NCBI GenBank assembly: GCA_010015805.1
Contig: ML978132.1
Span: 434,001 to 498,000 of the forward strand
Direction: 5' to 3'
Length of the DNA: 64,000 nt
DNA from: Rhizodiscina lignyota
Taxonomy: Eukaryota
Each line of letters opens with the position of its first letter. Positions within the stretch are counted from its first letter, which is position 1. A model generated the notes under the pieces. It made no database searches. It was not told the origin of the DNA and saw only the letters and a program-made list of their open reading frames with translations. Both the position numbers and the translations under genes were made by a program. Positions 57,528 to 64,000 of this stretch are shown one piece after another.

Positions 57528-59806
57528 TTAAACAATCTTGATATCTCCTTTCTTCTGTGGACCGACGCCATTTTGTCCTGGAGATGAGGCAAGAGCACAG
57601 AATTTCGGCCCACCAACATCGACGCCGGCGGCATCAAACATCCCCCAGCGTCTATATTCATCGCCATTGACGCCCGTCGGTTCAATGATTAGGCCTTGCA
57701 TCCATGATTCACTTCCTCCTGCCTTCGATTTCAGCACTGGCAGAAAACGTAAGTCGAATCTGTGACGGCCTGTCTGATCGTCACCTGGAGCTGAGATATA
57801 CGGGTCGTCAGGGAAGACACAATCTTGCCAGTACTTCGAGAAGTCCTGGCTGCCCACACAAAGATACGGGAATGTTCTGGGTCGGAGTAAGTCATCGCCA
57901 CCAGGGACATCTATCCATTCTAACTCAACCGCATAAGTGGTGCATTCGAGCTGGATGAATCCGCCTCTCACAGCGCCAAATTCGTCTCCTTGATGCTCGA
58001 CCTGGACGTCCTTGATAGTCACCAAGATATCGTGTTCCTCCGCGTGTGGCTGATCATTGTAATGCACATGACAATTCACCGACGCCCACGACCACGATGG
58101 AGCCTGATATTCTGAAGCAGGATTCGGGCGAATAGCCGCTGTCTTGCGATAGAAATGCGTCTTCCATAATACACCCGGTATGATGTCACCGTGCCAAAGT
58201 CCAGCGATGTACTCGTCTGTCGGGATGGCTGCCCGCATCATACGCGCAACACCGGAGACGGCGATGAGTTTGTCTGAATACTTGGTGAGTTCGCCGCGCG
58301 AGTAGCTGGAGACGAGCTCATGCCAGCCCAGATATGGATTGTGCAGTAAGTCGCTGATATCCTTCGGAACCAGGAAAACCGAGGTTTTATCTCGCGCAAT
58401 GCGACGGATGTTAGTTAGCAGCGCCTTACCTGGCGGTATCTCCGACAACATCACATCAGGCAGGCCCTGCGGGTACATCTCGCACGCTATCTGGGTGTTG
58501 CATTCCCAGAAGAGTTGCTCATGACTGAAGTGAACGATGCGCGGCGACAACAAGCGCTCTTGAATCACCCACCCCCGACTGTTCAAGGAAGAGAAGAATA
58601 CGTTTCCGGTTAGCATATGCCCGCTGATGACGTGGTATGTTCCAGGTCGAGGTGACTGGTTATTGGAGCGGCGCCATAACCGCGCTGGAAGGTCGCACAG
58701 CGAGCCGTGGAGTACTCCGTTGAAGGACGCGACAACTTCGTCCGGTTGGAGGCCCGTCGGATCTCTATCTCTGAACAGGCCAAGTGATAAAGGGTCGTCA
58801 GCGTAAGAATCCGTTGCGGCAAAATTGATCAGACCGTTCTTGTAGATGTGGCCCATCCGTTGAGACTCCTGGCTCCAGTCATATAGGTGGTCTCCTTCTT
58901 GGATGATACAGAGGCTGTCTATCCAAATGTAGCGGATCCCGAGCTCTCGACAAAGGAAGATTGCGTCGCGGAAAACTTGAGAGAATCCTCGGTCATGCTC
59001 GGGGATGCCCTCTTGGAACTGGTCAATATTTTCGGTGGTGAGCCGCATTAATTCTGCGAAATTACCAGGCCATCGATGACTGAGTGTGGCATACTGAGGA
59101 TGTCCTGTATTACCGGACGTACACAATTTAAGTTTGTCGCAGGATATCTCAATTAATCGTGTAGGCGGCTTCCATGGTGTCGGATCGGCTTCTACTGAGC
59201 AATTGCTATGCTCGCTTTGACATGTCGACAGCCATGTTTTGATCACTTGCAGTGAGGCTGCTGATCTGGTGGAATTCCCCGGACGTACGTTGGAGTTTGA
59301 TTTTTCTACAACTATCGGTTCGTAAGTAAATGACACCCATTCAATGTAATTGTGTACTGACTGTCCGACGGAATTAAGGAGTATCTTCTTGTGTATACAG
59401 TGTCCGGTGAATAGAAGAGATGATAGCCAGGACGCAAGTCTAAGATCAGATCATATGCTGAAGGTACACCAGGGGTTTCATATACCTGCGATCAGTCAAT
59501 TATCTTGTATTCGTCTGAGTCTGGAGTAGTTTGAGTTCAAAACAGTTGTTGAAATAAACTCACATGAACCCATAATGGCAATACGTTCTCATGTCTCTTC
59601 CGTCGCCATCGCAACTTCACCTTCTTCTCATTTCCCGGTTGCTTTTCATACCCATCAAAACCCGAAATATATGGACACAAATCGTAGCATATTGTACATT
59701 TCGTTGAATTCTCTACAATCTGCTTCTTATTGCGCTTCAAAAATACGGGGCCGGAAGCAAGGGCGTACTTCGGAACGAAAATAGATTGACAAGCATTGCA
59801 AATCAT
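57528..59806 (-). CDS. HET-domain (TIR-like) protein, 3 exons
   Basis: N-terminal CNAC..CTIC, PTRLIEI, YATLSHRW, DAIFLCRELGIRYIWIDSLCIIQ, MGHIY, LNSRGWVIQERLLSPRIVHF, APSWSWAS. GTGAGT and GTCAGT introns splice in frame. Confidence 0.9.
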
Positions 59807-60316
59807 TCCCACCAACGATACAAAAACAATGAACTAAAACTTGTAACGAATATGAGATCTCCCATTTTCACCTCATCTCAAGAATGAATTATATATATGT
59901 TCTCCATCCGCCGCATCCTTTCGTCTCGTTAGCCGCCGACTCTGCAAGCCAGGGCATGGGTTGACATCGAATCAAGGCGTTTCAGGGGCTTCAAGCGGCA
60001 CAGCAATAACATGGCGACGTGGGAAGCCAGCTATTCCTTGAGCATCCAGTCCTCTTCATTCTTCGATGCCATCAGTCGAAAGTCCTCGTACGTGGATGTG
60101 CGGACTCGTAGAGGAATATTCCAACATCATGGACGAAACCCGGCAATGCCACAGAACTGTCGCAGGGAAATCTAAGGAGATGGGTGATAGAGGACGCTTT
60201 GAGATATTTCATGCTTGAGACTAATAATACAACATAAGCAGGTGAGCTACAGCATTCATAAATCATGATACTAGCAAGACAGCAGGACGTCAAAACCCAG
60301 AACCACTCCGCGCTTC

Positions 60317-60610
60317 TCAGCATCCTCCACCACCACCTCCTCCACCATCACCACCGCCGCCGCCTCCTCCATCACCGCCTCCACCGAAAAATCCTCCGCC
60401 GTGATGCCCTCCTGAGAAACCACCGCCATGATGTCCATGATGCCCTCCGTATCCACCATGGTGGTGTCCATGATGGCCGCCGCTCGGTGCAGAAGTGGTA
60501 GCATAATATGTAGGGTTCGAATAATGCCCATTCTTCCGCGGTGGCTTGCCACTGTACCTGACAGGGTAATCTTGGTCGTAACGGCGTTGTGAAGATGGAC
60601 CGCACCCCAT
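60317..60610 (-). CDS. 97-aa Gly/His-rich microprotein with N-terminal MGC acylation signal
   Basis: MGCGPSS.., GGHHGHHHGGYGGHHGHHGGGFSGGHHGGGFF, Gly tail ending in Cys; good start context (ACCATGG) and TATATA near 60812-60818. Confidence 0.7.
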   Translation of the reverse strand: MGCGPSSQRRYDQDYPVRYSGKPPRKNGHYSNPTYYATTSAPSGGHHGHHHGGYGGHHGHHGGGFSGGHHGGGFFGGGGDGGGGGGGDGGGGGGGGC

Positions 60611-61564
60611 GGTTGTCGGAGATGTGAAGGGTTGTGCCTCTAGCGGGCTATGGGACTATTGAGTGGATCGATGTGCAGTCGATTTGTGATGGTTGTGGAA
60701 TGGTGATGTGATATGGTCGGCGACAACTTTGAAGAAGAGTTTAACTCTATCGCCTTGGAGACATATGAGAGGTAGAGAGAGCGCCAGCTTGTGGGAGTGG
60801 TAGCACAATTGATATATAGACTTGGGCTTGCGTCAAATGACGGATGCTGGGATGAAGGTAAGGATATTATTATAGTTGGAAACGCAGGTAAGAGATAATT
60901 ATGGCAACTGAAGATCGCTTAATACTTTATGTCCTTCATCTATGCGGCGTTGCTACTTCCAACATGACCAAGTTGAGGCTGCTTCGCCATTCGCCATGCC
61001 ATGGCAGGTACGCCTTACCGTGTCGTGTGCCAGGCGACGTCAGTTCGCTGCGACAACCTTGCGTCAAGAGTCGGGGTAAGCTAGAAGGCTGTACGGCTTC
61101 GTGATAGGGCATACTCTCGCAGAACTTGAGACGGCGAGCCGCCAAGATGATGGTCGTCGAGTGGGTGCTTAATTTGGCCCCCGATGATGCAGATGGCGCA
61201 GGGCTGTGGTCACTAGTATCGAGCTAACGGTCGCCGCAAGGCGCTGCTCGTACGAGGGCGCTAATGAGAGCTCTAATAATCTGGAACATAGACGACCCTT
61301 TCATATCCAAAGTTGAAGGTATGTTGCGAAGTCAAAACTAATTTCGGAATGGCCTCTTTTTCGTTGGAGACGCAATCACAATGACCTTTGAGAATTGCGA
61401 GTCGAGTTGCTGAGCAAGTCCCGTCCAACGTCGTATCCGGGGTTTAGCTCCTCCCAGGCTCCCACGAGCTAGCCAAGAGCTCTTAGACATCAGCCACCAT
61501 TAGAAACTCCACAGTCGAGAGACTGTTCTCATGACCACACCAAAGGTCAACAAGAGCACCGGGA

Positions 61565-64000
61565 ATGGATCCAATCTCCATCACAGGACTGGTGATCACC
61601 ATAGCGGACGTGGTGTCGAATCTGTACGATTACAGCAGCGCGGTGAAAGACTCGAAAGATGATATACGCAAGTTAACTCAGGAAGTATTCGCTCTCAAAG
61701 GAGCCCTGGAACACATCTCTACGACCACTAGAGAGTATCTATCGGACAAAGACCATGGAGACAGTGATCGTGACCAACAAAACGATGGTATGCTCAAATT
61801 GGCGCGGGAGACGTTGACGAATATTCAAAAACGACTTGTGCAGCCCAAGAGCAAAATTGAGAAGGCGAAGCAAGCACTCAGATGGCCATTTACAAAAATC
61901 GAGGTTGAGAATTACATTGCTGCCGTAGAACGGTGCAAGACGTGGTTCATAATGGTCAGTATGAATGAAACTGCTGAGAGAACTTCCGAGATATACAATG
62001 GCGTGCAACAACTAGCTGCATTAATACACGAGGACATCATCGCGCGAAAGACCAATGTAATGAAAGAAGAAACTTATGAGGTCATCAAATGGCTTGCTCC
62101 GGTCAGGTCTGACGAAGCGCACGCGGAGATTTTGCAACATCGCGTGCCTGGCACAGGGAGATGGTTCTTCGACGAGACGTTTGGAGAGTGGTTCATTGAG
62201 CCGACAGCAGAAAAGCCAATCTTATGGGTGACCGGAAAATGTAAGAATCCGATATCTTGACTACGGCACACATAGAACTTACACATTCTTTGTTGAAACA
62301 GCGGGTTCAGGTAAGACGACGTTGTTGTATGTTACGGTGATGCTTGTATAACACAACATGAGCGCTAACGATCAACCAGCTCAAGCATCGTCCAAGAATT
62401 CCAAGTGCAATGCGACGAATTTGAGGATGACCACTGCGCATTCCACTATTGCTCTATGGACAATGCGGCGTCACAAAAACCTGTCAACATCTTCGGCTCG
62501 ATACTGGCGCAGGCCGCGGAAGCGAAACCCGAGCTCGTGGACATCATAAAGCCATTTCAGAAGCCAGGCGCTTCCTTGATTGCCCAGAACATGATGACCA
62601 TTCAAGAATTGACTGGATTGCTAGAGAAAGCACTTGGGCTGTTCAAGCGTTTCTCCGTGCTGATAGATGCACTTAATGAAACACCACATCAGAGGGTCAT
62701 ATTGACGACTCTTCTGAAACTCTGCACCGCGTATCCGGGTCTCAAGGTCATTGTGACATGTACATCGGATCCGGTTGCAGACAAGGAGTCGAGGTCAAGA
62801 ATATCTCTGAGGCAAATGAGGATGGCGGATGTAAACGCTGACATTCAAGCATACGTTCGCTACCGGCTGGATACCGAAACGAACTACCAAGCTCTAAGTG
62901 ACACTATTCGACATGAGGTAGAAAATATCATGTCATTAGGCGCAAATGGAATGTGAGAATTGACCAATTACTGGAATCTGTTCTCCTCGACAACTAACAT
63001 TAACAGGTTTCGATGGGCGCAGCTATGCATGGACCACCTGGCGATACTTCGAACAGGGAGAGACATTCGCAAGGCTCTTCGTGAGATGCCAACGACCTTG
63101 AATGAAACGTACGTTCGCCTTCTGCAGGGCATACCACTTTCAGACAGGGCCTTTGCTCGTGAAGCTTTGATGTGGCTGTGCTTCTCGCTCCGGCCACTTA
63201 ATCTACTGGAGCTCGGGGAGGCAGTAGTATTACAGGAAGACGACCAAGATCTTGACGCAGATTGCAGACTGGGAAACGACGAAGCCATCTTGCAGATATG
63301 TCAAGGCCTTGTGGATTACAAGCGCGAACGAAAGGAAGTGACTTTAGCACATGACTCCATCCGCTCCTTCTTGACCTCGGGCTGGATCAAGACTTCTGAG
63401 GCAGCGTACTTTGCGCTTAATCCGATCGAAAGTCACAGAACGATTTTACGAAAATGCATAACGTACCTTTCGTTCAAGCCCTTCGCTGCTGGACGAGCTC
63501 CGAACCTGAAAAGTGTCTGGATCTTTGCGTACCCGTTGCTCCCTTACGTTACGCAGTTGTGGCCGATCCACTCCGAAAACTTCACTCTGAATACACAGGA
63601 TGAAGATCTCATTCTCTCATTTTTTGATACCAAGCGTCATCGTAATGGAGGTTGCTTCGATTCTTGGGTCCAGTTTCTCCTGGGGCAGCCTGAGTCCGGC
63701 AAAGTGGAGCAAACTGAACCTTTGTACTACGCTGCTTCTTACGACATGGTCCCCATCGTCAAGCTTCTGCTGAAGCGTGATCCGAATATCAAGATTGATG
63801 CGCCCGGAGGCCGATACGGATCAACACCATTGTTCATCGCGTGCTACCGCGGCAATATAGACTCAGCAAAGCTCCTTGTGGAAGCCGGTGCCAATTGTGA
63901 TGCAGGAGATGAGTCAGGGTGGAGCTGCAGGGAGATGGCTATGGAGCAAGGATTGCATGAGCTTGTGGAATTGATGCCAAAGGTCAATCACAAACGACAA
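61565..64000 (+). CDS. Fungal NLR-like protein: HeLo-like N-terminus, NACHT, ankyrin repeats (runs off the window)
   Basis: MDPISITGLV..VKDSKDDIRKL..(HeLo-like), HRVPGTGRWFF, LWVTGK-SGSGKTTL (Walker A on a 25-nt micro-exon), LIDALNE, GMFRWAQL, MPTTLNETY, TLAHDSIRSFL, ankyrins PLYYAASY and TPLFIACYRGN. Confidence 0.9.

Overview
Gene-dense, intron-rich window from a filamentous ascomycete (Pezizomycotina; short GT-AG introns with CTAAC/CTGAC branch points). From about 1 to 31 kb and 47 to 57 kb it is mostly conserved housekeeping genes: P5B ATPase, G6PD, AK6/Fap7, Ham1, Skp1, Smp3, ABHD11-like hydrolase, Rps1, Urg1/Urc1, Elf1, UPRTase, Wapl, Rheb, SerRS, Tim8, a phosducin-like protein and Vrg4. 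A more accessory stretch at about 30-46 kb holds a secreted PLC-like phosphodiesterase, an AsaB-like oxygenase, Adi1, a 60-bp telomere-motif array, a C-terminally broken oxalate decarboxylase, an unannotated spliced microprotein and an ACU-type K+/Na+ P-type ATPase. The right end, after a 27-bp minisatellite, carries an immune-like trio: a HET-domain gene, a Gly/His-rich microprotein with a predicted lipidation signal, and a HeLo-like/NACHT/ankyrin NLR. The strongest leads are this trio, an intact P450-fold gene lacking the heme cysteine, and the microprotein divergent from the ACU pump. I recognised no tRNA, rRNA, CRISPR or intact transposon. All calls come from reading motifs by eye; no database searches were run.
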